DNA of 64,000 bases, taken from contig JANXEK010000002.1 in the NCBI GenBank assembly GCA_025058595.1, positions 17,248 through 81,247 on the forward strand, in the 5' to 3' direction. The notes under the pieces are model-generated. The model ran no database searches. It saw only the letters and a program-made list of their open reading frames with translations, and was not told where the DNA came from. How positions within the stretch are numbered: position 1 is the first letter of the stretch; each line of letters starts with the position of its first letter. Both the position numbers and the translations under genes were made by a program. Source of the stretch: Candidatus Bathyarchaeota archaeon. Lineage in GTDB: Archaea > Thermoproteota > CALKCG01 > B24 > DRYS01. This document shows, piece by piece, positions 36,068 to 46,759 of the stretch.

Positions 36068-38230
36068 TCAACGTAGATTCTTAACCTGCTCTAGTATCCT
36101 CTGCGCTACAGCCATCCCTATTGATGGTACTTTCACTAGATCCTCCATCTTCGCATGACGTAAATCCTCCAAACTTCTGAAGCCAGCGTTAAAAAGGTTT
36201 CTAGCTCTAACTCTACCTATACCCTCTAGCTTTACCAGGGATAATAGCTCGGATTTAACACCAACCTCCATCCTATCTTTTAGTACTCTGAATTCACCGT
36301 TTAGATCGCTATAGCCTATTAACGGGCTTAACTCTGAAGACGCGTAGAGAAGCCACGAAGCGGTTAAAGTTAGCCGGAAAAGGTCGCCTGGCTCTACATG
36401 GAATGCCTCGTAGATCCTCTCTTCGCTTTCCTCCTCTATCCAAGCTTCTAAGGTTAAAGCGGTCTTCAGACGGGCTAGGGCTTCTATGTAGCCTACGCTC
36501 GTATACCATTCGCTATCTAGCGGCAGCTCGCTATACCTGCTATCCAGTATTGGTTCAAGCTTTCTAATATCAGCTCTTGAAGGATATAGTTTAGGCTCTA
36601 GATCAGGCATCGAAGCTACGATGTAGAGTAGGGTGAGATCCGTATGGCTTCTAACGATATGAAGGTTTCTTTCGAGGATTACAGCTGAAAGCGGATCTAT
36701 ATAAAGTTCAGATACTCTCCTACCTAGCTTCGTCGCGTAGAAAGTATCTTGATCGACCTCCACCATCTGATACTGCGATAGGAATCTAAGGGCCTTATCG
36801 ATGTATCGCTTAATATTCTCCATATGATTCTGGTTTGCGAATAGGGATCTACCGAAGAAGCTGTAGAGCATACCCCTACTAGTAGAGCCTTCGGAAGCTA
36901 TAACTCCGAGTAGATGACTCCTTAGTACCTTCTCCGAGCTGAGTTTCGATCTTAAAACCTCAGCCTCGGCCCGTATATACCTATCTATAAGATACTCGAC
37001 TTCATCTTCATCTCTAGCGATTATCAGAGCGAAACCCTCCTTATCGTATTTAGGTCTACCAGCCCTTCCAGCCATCTGCTTGTATTCCATGATAGGTATC
37101 TCGTGATAGCCTATATCAGGTTCGAATCTATAGTAGCTAGAGATTACCACGACTCTAGCAGGTAGATTTACACCTGCGGCTAGAGTAGGTGTAGCCGCTA
37201 AGGCTTTGATGAAACCTTTACGGAAATAATCCTCTATAAAGGTTCTATGCATATTATGCAACCCTGCATGATGGAACGCTACCCCTCTACGTATAAGCTC
37301 TGATAGTATATCTGAGTGCGGTATTCTAGCCTCTCCGACTTCGAGGATCATCTTAGATATCGATCTAAGATTAACCCTATCTTCGCTATCCAGTAGCTCG
37401 TAGACTACCTTAGACAGTTTCTTAGCCATCGAGACAGCATCCCTTCGAGTATTCGTGAATACAAGAAGCTGCCCTCCATCCCGGATAGTATCCACCGCTA
37501 TATCTAGTATAGGGTCTCCGAGTTTACTTGTCAACGTTTTCTCGAAACCATCGGCGAACAGTATCCGTCCACCGTATACGATACCCTCTGTAAGCTTCAC
37601 AGGTCTCCAAACAGATACTACATAATCTGCATCGAGCCATCTAGCTATCTCCTCAGCATTCCTAACCGTAGCGCTTAAAGCTAGTATCTGTGTTTCAGGC
37701 TTATGATACCTGATCTTCGTCAGAAGCACCTCTAAGGTTGGACCTCTATCCGGGTCGTTTATATAATGCACTTCATCTGCTACCACCAAAGATACGTCTT
37801 TAAGCCACGGAGCTTTATGCCTCACTAGAGAATCGCATTTCTCGTTAGTCGTAACTATCCAATCGTAATCTGAAAGCCATCGATCCTCACTATCATAATC
37901 ACCCATAGTTAAAGCTACTCTCACTCTCCACCCAAGCTTAGATGCAAGTTCTTCGTTAACCTTAAACTCCTGATATTTCTCGTATGCTAAAGCTCTAAGA
38001 GGAGTTAGATACAGTACTTTCCCTCTACCCTCATATATATGTTTCAGGCCGCATACTTCAGCTACAAGCGTTTTACCGCTAGCCGTAGGGGTGGCTAACA
38101 GAAGATTTCTGCCTTTCAATACGTTGCTCCTAGTCAGGGCATCTTCCTGGGGAGGGTATAAGGTATCGATACCTTTCCATTCAAGCATACTCGATATATC
38201 TCTAGGTATCGGCAGATCCCTGAGACGCAT
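36068..38230 (-). CDS. hel308: Hel308/Hjm Ski2-like DNA helicase
   Basis: 720 aa. Walker A TASGKT, DEVH box, winged-helix/ratchet region and a C-terminal HhH (GIGRVRARNL). Confidence 0.9.
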   Translation of the reverse strand: MRLRDLPIPRDISSMLEWKGIDTLYPPQEDALTRSNVLKGRNLLLATPTASGKTLVAEVCGLKHIYEGRGKVLYLTPLRALAYEKYQEFKVNEELASKLGWRVRVALTMGDYDSEDRWLSDYDWIVTTNEKCDSLVRHKAPWLKDVSLVVADEVHYINDPDRGPTLEVLLTKIRYHKPETQILALSATVRNAEEIARWLDADYVVSVWRPVKLTEGIVYGGRILFADGFEKTLTSKLGDPILDIAVDTIRDGGQLLVFTNTRRDAVSMAKKLSKVVYELLDSEDRVNLRSISKMILEVGEARIPHSDILSELIRRGVAFHHAGLHNMHRTFIEDYFRKGFIKALAATPTLAAGVNLPARVVVISSYYRFEPDIGYHEIPIMEYKQMAGRAGRPKYDKEGFALIIARDEDEVEYLIDRYIRAEAEVLRSKLSSEKVLRSHLLGVIASEGSTSRGMLYSFFGRSLFANQNHMENIKRYIDKALRFLSQYQMVEVDQDTFYATKLGRRVSELYIDPLSAVILERNLHIVRSHTDLTLLYIVASMPDLEPKLYPSRADIRKLEPILDSRYSELPLDSEWYTSVGYIEALARLKTALTLEAWIEEESEERIYEAFHVEPGDLFRLTLTASWLLYASSELSPLIGYSDLNGEFRVLKDRMEVGVKSELLSLVKLEGIGRVRARNLFNAGFRSLEDLRHAKMEDLVKVPSIGMAVAQRILEQVKNLR

Positions 38231-38286
38231 ACGTCCAACCTCACCCTACATTACACGGAGACCACCATAGATAGCTGTAACGAAAG

Positions 38287-40332
38287 CTACATAGTTTTCT
38301 TCAAGAATCCAGGTCTATGCTCGTATAAAGTTCCCTCTTTAAGCATCTGATTTATAAGCTTAACAGACTCTGTTTTATCCATACCATACTCCTCCTCCAA
38401 TATCTTTACCAGATCATCTTTACCGGCCATACCGTTCTCCTTCTCAAGCTTAGAGACTACGGAGAGTATCAGTTGAAGCTTATCCCTCATACTCTTAGGC
38501 TTCCCAGTCATTATGATATCTATATCTATCTTACCAGAAGCTATATCGAACCCAACCTGCTCTAAAGTCGCTCCCATGAGCCTTATAGCGGCTTCAGTAT
38601 CTTCCACTGTTACCGTATCCCTTAAAGCAGCCCTAGCCCTAGCTTCAGCTAACCTTATTATGGATTCAAGCTGCCTAACCGTTATAGCTATAGGCGAACC
38701 TGAACTCTCAGATAAAGCCCTCATTTTCAGGTAGAAATCCCTTATTCTCTCCATAGCCTCCTTCGAAAGTTTAGGGTTGATCCTCTTAGCATAAGCTATA
38801 TACTTCCTGAGGAATTCGGATTCTATCGGTGGGGCTTCAGGAAGCTCTCGGGTACTATGAAGCATCAATACATGTTCGGCGATACGTGCATCTAGAGATT
38901 TATCAGGCTTATCCCTCAATACGAATATCAGATCAAACCTGGATAGTATCGAAACCGGTAGGTTTATATTGTCTGCCACCGTTCTGAGCGGGTCATATCT
39001 ACCGAAGGCTGGGTTAGCCGCCGCTATTATAGAAGCCCGTGCGTTAAGCGTAGCGACTATACCACCTTTAGCGATAGATACAGTTTGCTGTTCCATAGCT
39101 TCATGCATAGCAACCCTATCCTCAGGTCTCATTTTATCTATCTCATCTATAGCGCATACACCTCTATCGGAGAGTACGAGAGCTCCTGCTTCGAGAGCCA
39201 TAGCTCCACCCTTATCCCTAACTACAGCGGCTGTCAATCCTGCAGCTGTAGTTCCCCTCCCATGTGTGTATAACCCTCTAGGAGCAACTCTATGAACATA
39301 TTGTAGTAACTGACTCTTACCTGTACCTGGATCGCCTATGATGAGTATATTTATATCTCCTCTGATCTGGTTCCCTCCAACCGTTATGGGAACACCGCCG
39401 AATAGCATGTATACTATAGCCTCTTTAATATCATCATATCCATAGATTGCCGGGGCTATCGATGCTTTAAGCTTCTCGTAAATACCGGGATCAGATGCTA
39501 TCTTCCTAATCCTCTCTTCTTCCTCTACCGTGATCTCTATCTGCTCAGGCTCCTTACCTTTAACCTCTATATTATTCGTTTCGACCGTTAAATTGAATAT
39601 ACGAAGCCCACCCCTACCGGGCAGTATCTGAGGCTTAGCTTTAACTATCCCTGTGACTACGACGTTATCCCCAGGTCTAGCGGTATCCACTAGATCATCT
39701 GTAACTACGATATCTATCCATCTAGGTATCTGCCCCGGAGGTAGATCCTCGGGTCTTTCCTGGATTCTAAGCTCCTGATAGTTTATAAACTCAGATCTAT
39801 CTTCAAGTAGCTTCCAACTACTCTTCTTACAGTTTGGACATATAGTCGGTGTAGCTATAGCCGTACTCTCCTCTTGAGGTATAGATTCGGATATATGGCC
39901 GCAGACTTTACAAGCGAATGTAGCTTTAATCAGGAGCGGATGTACAGCAGTCGCTCGGACTATAATCCCTTCAAACTGTACTAACTGTCCTAGATGATCT
40001 ACACAGATCTTCCTTAATGGGAACGTCTCTATCAGATCCTTAAACCTTACGTTAATCTTCCTAATCTTCTCAGCGTAATCCCTTGCTTCCACTTTAAGCT
40101 GATCGAAAGCAGCTTTCTCTAGCTCTGGTAAAACTCTACTTGGATATCTCTGAGCGTATATAGCTAACTCTTCATCATATATCCTCAGATCTATGAAGCT
40201 AACTTTAATGCTTTTCAAGCCTAGGGAGGCTATCTGGAGGAGCTGCTCACGGTACTTGAAAGATCCATCTTCAGATCTAAACGTTCTAAGGAAGCTCTGA
40301 AACTTATCGGCTATGTTGAACGTTATCTCCAT
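38287..40332 (-). CDS. mcm: minichromosome maintenance (MCM) replicative helicase
   Basis: 681 aa. Zn motif CKVCGH...CPNC, Walker A GDPGTGKSQ, Walker B IDEIDKM, arginine finger SRFDLIF. No intein. Confidence 0.95.
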   Translation of the reverse strand: MEITFNIADKFQSFLRTFRSEDGSFKYREQLLQIASLGLKSIKVSFIDLRIYDEELAIYAQRYPSRVLPELEKAAFDQLKVEARDYAEKIRKINVRFKDLIETFPLRKICVDHLGQLVQFEGIIVRATAVHPLLIKATFACKVCGHISESIPQEESTAIATPTICPNCKKSSWKLLEDRSEFINYQELRIQERPEDLPPGQIPRWIDIVVTDDLVDTARPGDNVVVTGIVKAKPQILPGRGGLRIFNLTVETNNIEVKGKEPEQIEITVEEEERIRKIASDPGIYEKLKASIAPAIYGYDDIKEAIVYMLFGGVPITVGGNQIRGDINILIIGDPGTGKSQLLQYVHRVAPRGLYTHGRGTTAAGLTAAVVRDKGGAMALEAGALVLSDRGVCAIDEIDKMRPEDRVAMHEAMEQQTVSIAKGGIVATLNARASIIAAANPAFGRYDPLRTVADNINLPVSILSRFDLIFVLRDKPDKSLDARIAEHVLMLHSTRELPEAPPIESEFLRKYIAYAKRINPKLSKEAMERIRDFYLKMRALSESSGSPIAITVRQLESIIRLAEARARAALRDTVTVEDTEAAIRLMGATLEQVGFDIASGKIDIDIIMTGKPKSMRDKLQLILSVVSKLEKENGMAGKDDLVKILEEEYGMDKTESVKLINQMLKEGTLYEHRPGFLKKTM

Positions 40333-40896
40333 CTAGCTTCCCACCCAATATAGATTCCTCCACTCCTCTACGATCCCTCTCAACCCTTCGTACAGGATCC
40401 TCTCCTCGATGGATAAGTTCGATATCGTTTGTATCGTCTGCTTAGCAAGCGTTAACTCCATAACTTTACGCAACCTACTAGAAGCTATATCTCCAGCCAT
40501 CATTAAAGCCTTCCTATACTCTTCGATCTTATCGACTTCACGTAGCGCCTTAGCTTTAAGCTCATCCAGATAAAATTTTAGTTTGAGATAGAAATTTTCA
40601 GGTAGAGGCGATAGCACCCTGGATGGCTGTATAACCTCGATCCAGTGCAGTTTGGATAACGTCTTCATGTCGACCCTCTCATCTTCTTTAAACTCCACAA
40701 TCCCAGCTTTGACAAGTTCTATGGCGACCCATAAAGGCAGTTTAACCTCAGAATCCTTCTTAAATCCTGGGATAACGAATCCTTCTATATCTATACCCTG
40801 GAAATCGGCTAACGTTATAAGCCTAACTTCCTGATGGAGCGAATTCTCTAAGATTGACTCAAGCCTCTGTCTAAATCCTAGATAACGTTCGATCAT
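40333..40896 (-). CDS. gins23: GINS subunit (Gins23-like)
   Basis: 187 aa. LPLWVAIELVKAGIVEF motif. Its stop codon abuts the mcm ATG, the crenarchaeal gins23-mcm arrangement. Confidence 0.65.
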   Translation of the reverse strand: MIERYLGFRQRLESILENSLHQEVRLITLADFQGIDIEGFVIPGFKKDSEVKLPLWVAIELVKAGIVEFKEDERVDMKTLSKLHWIEVIQPSRVLSPLPENFYLKLKFYLDELKAKALREVDKIEEYRKALMMAGDIASSRLRKVMELTLAKQTIQTISNLSIEERILYEGLRGIVEEWRNLYWVGS

Positions 40897-41007
40897 CGTT
40901 TAATCATCATATATAGGATACAAAGGACAGAGATATCAATATATGTGGTATGTACAGCTAAGCTTATCCCAACAGATCTAGGTCTACTTGAAATATCTAA
41001 GATAAAA

Positions 41008-41745
41008 CTATCCTTCGATGTTACCCATCGAATCTAACTTACCCATCCTATCTTCTCCTCTTTTAGAGTATACGTTCTCTGTTATATAGCTCCTTATAGC
41101 TAAAGCTTTACCCCGTCCTAGCCCCTCTACTCTGCTAAGCTCTACCACCGATGCGTTGAAGATAGATTCCAAGTTTCCGAAGTGATATAGAAGCCTCTTC
41201 GCAAGGGTTACACCTATTCCTGGAAGCGTAGCGAGAGTAGCTATCTGAGGCGGTAAAGATGATGGTATCCTCGGAAGCCTCACCGTCACAGGTTTAGAGG
41301 GCTTAACCCGATGTATCCTCTTAGCTAGACATGCTAGGAGGATAGCTGTCTCATCTATATCCGTCGTTTGAATCATGGCTACACCGTAATCTATCGTAAG
41401 CGAAGATAATGCTCCGAAATAGATCCTCAAGTTTCTTATCCTTCTACCAATCCTCCTAGGATCACCCTCTACTATAAGTAGAGGTTTATTGAAAGATGAT
41501 TTGAGGGTTTTAACTTGCTCGAATAACCTACCATCGAATATAGAGCTGATGAAATCCTCTACGCTTTTACGTTCGACGGCAACCTCTTCGGATAATATGT
41601 AATCCCCTATTTCGAGCTTCTCGATTACAGGCTCTACATCCTCCCTTCTCAATAGGTTTACAATACCGGTAGATTCTTCCCTTACGTCTACTATTACCCT
41701 GGGTTTTCCAGTATTCATAGAGTGCAAGTCAGATTTATTTAACAC
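41008..41745 (-). CDS. xpf: XPF/ERCC4 structure-specific endonuclease, short crenarchaeal form
   Basis: 245 aa. GDY..x..VAVERKSVEDF (GDXnERKX3D) plus a C-terminal (HhH)2. Confidence 0.85.
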   Translation of the reverse strand: MLNKSDLHSMNTGKPRVIVDVREESTGIVNLLRREDVEPVIEKLEIGDYILSEEVAVERKSVEDFISSIFDGRLFEQVKTLKSSFNKPLLIVEGDPRRIGRRIRNLRIYFGALSSLTIDYGVAMIQTTDIDETAILLACLAKRIHRVKPSKPVTVRLPRIPSSLPPQIATLATLPGIGVTLAKRLLYHFGNLESIFNASVVELSRVEGLGRGKALAIRSYITENVYSKRGEDRMGKLDSMGNIEG

Positions 41746-41769
41746 CTACTCGATATTAACGTATGTCGT

Positions 41770-42279
41770 ATGTCTAAGTTGAAGCCAGATGTTGTTAAGG
41801 CTTTAGAGGGATTGTTTAAGAGCTATGAAAGAGTGGGTGGCGGTAGGATAGCATTTTATACGGGTGATGCTAATGCTGCCACCATATATTATCGACCTGT
41901 ATATATGGGGTTTCTCCTAGGCTTTGAGAGACTACATGAATTCTCGACGATGATAGAATACGCGGATAACGTTAAGTATAGAGCTACGAGAACCTATTGT
42001 AAGATATCCTTATCACCGGGTATTAAAAGGAGGTTTGAGATCGAATGCGAAAATGAAGATCTGAAAAGCTTGGTATTCAGCTCTTTATCAAAGCAGCTTC
42101 AAGAGGCTAAACCGGAGATTCTACTCATAGATCCAACACCAGGGTTAGCGGAGAATCGTATAGTCGTAATAGCCCGTAAGTATACGGGGATGGGGTTTAA
42201 ATTCTCCAGGGACATATGCGCCGTCTATAGGCTAGTTATAGACGCTACGAAGACTATTAGAAGATGGATCGAGATGTAG
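41770..42279 (+). CDS. hypothetical protein
   Basis: 169-aa ORF. No recognisable motif. Confidence 0.5.
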   Translation: MSKLKPDVVKALEGLFKSYERVGGGRIAFYTGDANAATIYYRPVYMGFLLGFERLHEFSTMIEYADNVKYRATRTYCKISLSPGIKRRFEIECENEDLKSLVFSSLSKQLQEAKPEILLIDPTPGLAENRIVVIARKYTGMGFKFSRDICAVYRLVIDATKTIRRWIEM

Positions 42280-42357
42280 ATCAGTAAAACCTGGTCTAGC
42301 GATCTTAAGTAACTTAATCTATCTCTAGAACTCGTAGTATGAGGTGGAAAGACTGGT

Positions 42358-44112
42358 TTGCCGAGTATTCAGATGGAAATTAGGGAGAGGGATGCTGGTG
42401 GACGTATATGCCGTTTAACGGTTAAAGGTAGAAAGCTAATTACGCCGTTATTCCTCCCAGTCTATAATCCAGGTAAACCGATCATAACACCTAGAGAGTT
42501 TAGGGAGGAGTTTAAACTTGAAGCTATGATGACTAACGCCTACATAATATATAGAAGGGACGAAGCGAGATACTCTGCAGTCTCCGAGGGCATCCATAGA
42601 TTTCTAGGATTTGACGGTATTATCTTTACAGATTCAGGAGCATACCAGATGTTTAGGGGGAAGTTAGAGGTAAGTCAGGAGGAGATCATAAGGTTTCAAG
42701 AGAGTATAGGTTCAGATGTAGGTGTAATGCTAGATGTGCCTTCTAGACATGAAGGAAGAAGAGAAGTGTATGAGAGCGTCATAGTTACGGCTAGAAGGGC
42801 TAGGGAGTGGTATAATATCCGGAAGGGTGATGGTATAATATGGGAGGGGGCTATCCAGGGTGGAGGATATCCTGACTTAGTAGAGCTTTCGTGTAGATAC
42901 ATGTCTAGGTATCCTTTCGATATATACGCCGTAGGGGTTCCGCCTAGGTTATGGAAGGAGTATAAGTTCATGGAGATAGCATCGCAAGGAGTTGTAGTAG
43001 TTCGCAGCTTACCAGCAGGGAGGCTTCGGCATGCATTCGGGATAGGCCATCCTATGGCTATACCCCTACTTGTAGCGGTAGGTTATGACATATTTGATTC
43101 AGCGAGCTACGCGCTATATGCGGAGGACGATAGATATATGACTGAGTACGGTACTAAGAAGTTAGATAGACTTAAGTATCTACCTTGCAGCTGCCCGGTT
43201 TGTAGAAGTGTATCGATCGAAGAGTTAAAGTCTATGGATAGAGATGGTAGGGTAAAGCTTCTAGCTAAGCATAATCTATACGTTATATTGAGAGAGGTAG
43301 AGCTTGTGAAACAGGCTATACATGAGGGGAGGCTATGGGAGCTAGTAGCAGTTAGAGCGAGAAGCCATCCGATGCTCTTAGAAGCAATGTATGGCATCCT
43401 AAGAAGGTATGGTAGATACTACGAAAAGTTGGATCCTATAACTAAACGATCAGCGCTACTCTATACTGGATGCGAAGTAAAGCTTAGACCTGATTATCGC
43501 AGAGCTATTAAGAGGCTTGAGAGCAGGCTTGGAACATCTATAGCGCCTAGAGCTTTAAGGCTTATCTGGCCTTTTGGACAACATGAATCACCGGTAGAGA
43601 TATTCAGATTTGACGAAAGGAATTATGGAGATTTAGAAACTGTGAGGATATTAGCAGATTATCAGTTTGGATATGGGGTGGGCGTTAAGCTATTCCCTGA
43701 TAACTGCGTAGTAGAGAAGAGTCGTAGAACCGGTCGCATACGTAGAGTATGGCTTGAGGGGGAACTCCTCGCGACTGTTAGACCTAGGGATGGGTTCCTA
43801 CTACTCCAACTACCCGCGGCCATGAAGCTAACCTACGCTATACCTGGTAGGAGGTACAAGGTTAGGCTTATATCTTCCTATAGTGTGGAGGAGAGGGTAG
43901 CTATGGGTGGCGATGTCTTAGGATGGCATATACTCGAAGCGGATCCGCTTATAGTTCCAGGTGAGGTTACCGTTATACTTAACAACAAAGGTAGAGTATT
44001 GGCGGTAGGTGAAGCTCTTCTTTCAGGGATAGAGATGAGCGAGATTAGAAGGGGTATAGCTGTTAGAGTTAGGGATTTTATAGGGAGGAGGAGGTATGCG
44101 CAGCCTTGTTAA
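42358..44112 (+). CDS. tgtA: archaeosine tRNA-guanine transglycosylase with C-terminal C2/PUA domains
   Basis: 584 aa. FTDSGAYQ catalytic region, Zn site CSCPVC....H, PUA-like C-terminus. Confidence 0.9.
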   Translation: MPSIQMEIRERDAGGRICRLTVKGRKLITPLFLPVYNPGKPIITPREFREEFKLEAMMTNAYIIYRRDEARYSAVSEGIHRFLGFDGIIFTDSGAYQMFRGKLEVSQEEIIRFQESIGSDVGVMLDVPSRHEGRREVYESVIVTARRAREWYNIRKGDGIIWEGAIQGGGYPDLVELSCRYMSRYPFDIYAVGVPPRLWKEYKFMEIASQGVVVVRSLPAGRLRHAFGIGHPMAIPLLVAVGYDIFDSASYALYAEDDRYMTEYGTKKLDRLKYLPCSCPVCRSVSIEELKSMDRDGRVKLLAKHNLYVILREVELVKQAIHEGRLWELVAVRARSHPMLLEAMYGILRRYGRYYEKLDPITKRSALLYTGCEVKLRPDYRRAIKRLESRLGTSIAPRALRLIWPFGQHESPVEIFRFDERNYGDLETVRILADYQFGYGVGVKLFPDNCVVEKSRRTGRIRRVWLEGELLATVRPRDGFLLLQLPAAMKLTYAIPGRRYKVRLISSYSVEERVAMGGDVLGWHILEADPLIVPGEVTVILNNKGRVLAVGEALLSGIEMSEIRRGIAVRVRDFIGRRRYAQPC

Positions 44113-44773
44113 GATCTACGAAAAGCTTGAAAGATACGATCCTATACTTGTAGAGGGGCTTCCAGGTATAGGGTTCGTTTCGAATATACTTGCACTGCAT
44201 ATGATTAGAGTACTTAAAGCTAAGCTTATCTGCGATATAAAGTCGCCGTACTTCCAAGATATCTCTCTCGTAGAATCCGACGGAACGATAAAACCTTCCA
44301 TAGCACAGCTGTATTTAGCCGATATTAAAGGTAGAAAATTACTCATACTCTATGGAAATACTCAAGCTTACACGCCATACGGCCAGTATGAGCTGTGTAG
44401 CCGCGTCCTAGAGGTAGCTGATCGTATGATGTGTAGACTCGTAGTATGTATGGGTGGCTATGGTGTAGGACAGCAGAAGCCACGTATAGAGGTATACGGT
44501 ACATCGGTCGATCTTGAGTGGATGTGGAAGCTTAGGGAGTTAGGAGTTAAACCTGTGACTGGCAGGATTTATGGTGTCGCAGGGGTCTTAATGGCTATGG
44601 CTCCGCTATATGGTATGAAAGGAATATGCCTCCTAGCTGAAACCCCTGGCATGTACCCTGATCCAAGGGCATCTAGGAGGCTACTCGAAATATTCAATAA
44701 GCTATTCGATTTTGATATCCCAGATGAAGGGTTGGCTAAGATAGCTACGTATATGGATACGTTAGAAGGATAG
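44096..44773 (+). CDS. PAC2-family proteasome assembly chaperone-like protein
   Basis: 225 aa. N-terminal ILVEGLPGIGFVSNILALHMI is typical of the archaeal PAC2/COG1938 family. Confidence 0.65.
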   Translation: MRSLVKIYEKLERYDPILVEGLPGIGFVSNILALHMIRVLKAKLICDIKSPYFQDISLVESDGTIKPSIAQLYLADIKGRKLLILYGNTQAYTPYGQYELCSRVLEVADRMMCRLVVCMGGYGVGQQKPRIEVYGTSVDLEWMWKLRELGVKPVTGRIYGVAGVLMAMAPLYGMKGICLLAETPGMYPDPRASRRLLEIFNKLFDFDIPDEGLAKIATYMDTLEG

Positions 44774-46534
44774 ATAGCTTGAACCTACTAAGATTCTATC
44801 TCTGAACTCCGCTTGCTTACCTGGATTCCATTTATAGGTCGGTCTGTAGTAGCCTACGACTCTCGCGTATACCTCCATACTACCACCGCATCTAGGGCAT
44901 CTATCGTAGACGCCATGCACCATATAAGCTTCCTTAGGACAGATAGAGAATGTAGCCGCCAGATCTATATACGGTATACGGTAGTTCTCAGCTATCCTCC
45001 TAACAAGCTTCTTAGCTACGGTGGCATCTATAGGTTCGCCTAGATGTATCCTGAATACGGTTCCACCTGAGAAGAGCGGAAGCAACCTACTCTCTATATG
45101 GAGTCTCTCAGATAAGGGGATATTTTCATCCGTAGGTATTAGCACGGTCGTATAGTATGGGGAGGAATCTACACCTTTAGTATAGATTCCAAGGTATCTC
45201 TCTCTATCCATCTTGGCGAGTCTGTAGCTAGCACCCTCACCTGGGGTCTCCTCTAGGTTCCATAACTTACCTGTCTCTATCTGAAACTCTTTGAGCCTAT
45301 CGCCTATATAGAGCAGCACCTCTTCGACAAAATCCACAGCTTTCGATAAGGATTCTCCCAGGAAGTTTATACACATCTCGTTTAAGCCTATAACTCCTAT
45401 AGTTCTAAAGTATCTATCTGGATCGAAGCCGTAAGCTTGAGCGAAAGGCATCAACCCTTTAGCTAGTGAACGTTCCACCATCCCAGATTTGAACATCAGA
45501 TACTCTCTAGCTATATCGAGAAGTCTATCTAGACGATCAAAGAAGTCTGCTTCATCCTTCGCTAGATATCCTAGTCTAGCCATATTCAAGCTTACCACAC
45601 CTATACTACCTGTACCGCCTTCAGATGTGAATAACCCTTTAGGTGAGGATAGCTGGCTTAGATCTATGAGAAGCCTACAACACATAGACCTCATAGTATT
45701 CTCAGGTATACCTGAACCTAGATAGTTCATGAAGTAGTAGGTGCCAAGCTTAGAATCAACTTCGAAGATAGCATCTAAGGCTTCCGAATCCCAATCCAAC
45801 CTGTTAGTGAGGTTGACCGTAGGTATGGGGAATGTGAATGGTCTACCAGCCGCATCCCTCTCCGCGTATATCTCAGCCATAGCTAGATTAACCATCTCTA
45901 TCTCATCCTGGAAATCAGCGTAAGTATCCTCCTTCTCCTCACCGCCTATTATCACACGTTGCTCCTCAAGATGAGCTGGACAGCATAGGTTAAACGTTAA
46001 ATTTGTGAACGGCGATTGGAAGCTCTGTCTAGTAGTAAAGTTCAAATTGTATACGAGCTTCTGAAGATTCTGTTTAACCTCCTTGTATGATAGATGGTCG
46101 TACGCTATGAACGGAGCTACTATAGTATCGAAATCCGAGAATGCTTGAGCACCGCTGAACTCGTTCTGACTCATGAGGAAATAGTTGGCTATATGATCGA
46201 CTACAGCTGAGAAATGTTTCGCAGGACGAGAGGTTATAGTCGGAGATCTTATGCCTATACGTAGTAGTAGGAGAAGATCTCCTCCATGACAATACGGTAT
46301 AAGATTTCCGCTATCGAGGTTATGGATATGGATGTCGCCTTCTATATGAGCTCTAGCAGCTTCTTTAGGCATAGTTCTTAGAGCATATTCCCTGAGATAT
46401 GTGTTGGCTATATAGCTCAATAACCCGCTGTAAGAGTAGTTGAAGTTAGCATTTTCCTTTATCAGCCATGACACTCCCTCGAGATACTCGTTTAGGAGTA
46501 GAGTATCGACACTACTTTCCTGCATAGCCTTCAA
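44762..46534 (-). CDS. nrdD: anaerobic ribonucleoside-triphosphate reductase (class III)
   Basis: 590 aa. C-terminal Zn ribbon CPKE..CPRCGG and glycyl-radical motif ARVVGYYRP. Confidence 0.9.
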   Translation of the reverse strand: MKAMQESSVDTLLLNEYLEGVSWLIKENANFNYSYSGLLSYIANTYLREYALRTMPKEAARAHIEGDIHIHNLDSGNLIPYCHGGDLLLLLRIGIRSPTITSRPAKHFSAVVDHIANYFLMSQNEFSGAQAFSDFDTIVAPFIAYDHLSYKEVKQNLQKLVYNLNFTTRQSFQSPFTNLTFNLCCPAHLEEQRVIIGGEEKEDTYADFQDEIEMVNLAMAEIYAERDAAGRPFTFPIPTVNLTNRLDWDSEALDAIFEVDSKLGTYYFMNYLGSGIPENTMRSMCCRLLIDLSQLSSPKGLFTSEGGTGSIGVVSLNMARLGYLAKDEADFFDRLDRLLDIAREYLMFKSGMVERSLAKGLMPFAQAYGFDPDRYFRTIGVIGLNEMCINFLGESLSKAVDFVEEVLLYIGDRLKEFQIETGKLWNLEETPGEGASYRLAKMDRERYLGIYTKGVDSSPYYTTVLIPTDENIPLSERLHIESRLLPLFSGGTVFRIHLGEPIDATVAKKLVRRIAENYRIPYIDLAATFSICPKEAYMVHGVYDRCPRCGGSMEVYARVVGYYRPTYKWNPGKQAEFRDRILVGSSYLSF

Positions 46535-46759
46535 TCTAGAGAGTGAAAGGAGGATTCTATATAAACCTTTAGCATTATTACTCTAGAAAACTGTAGTTAG
46601 CAGCCCAAAGAGATAACCTTCAAGAAGTATAAGCTTCCATCTTAAAGTTAACGGAGCTGAAACCATGTACAACATAGTAGAGTTATACATATACATTTCT
46701 AAACTTAGGATCCGACTAGAAGAGACGTGAATATATATTGCAGTAAATACGCCTATCTC

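Noticed and set aside
36068-46534. Inteins in MCM, Hel308, NrdD or EF-2 (common archaeal intein hosts).
   Set aside because: All four proteins have normal lengths and uninterrupted catalytic motifs. No Cys/Ser...HN-Cys/Ser/Thr splice junction blocks were seen.
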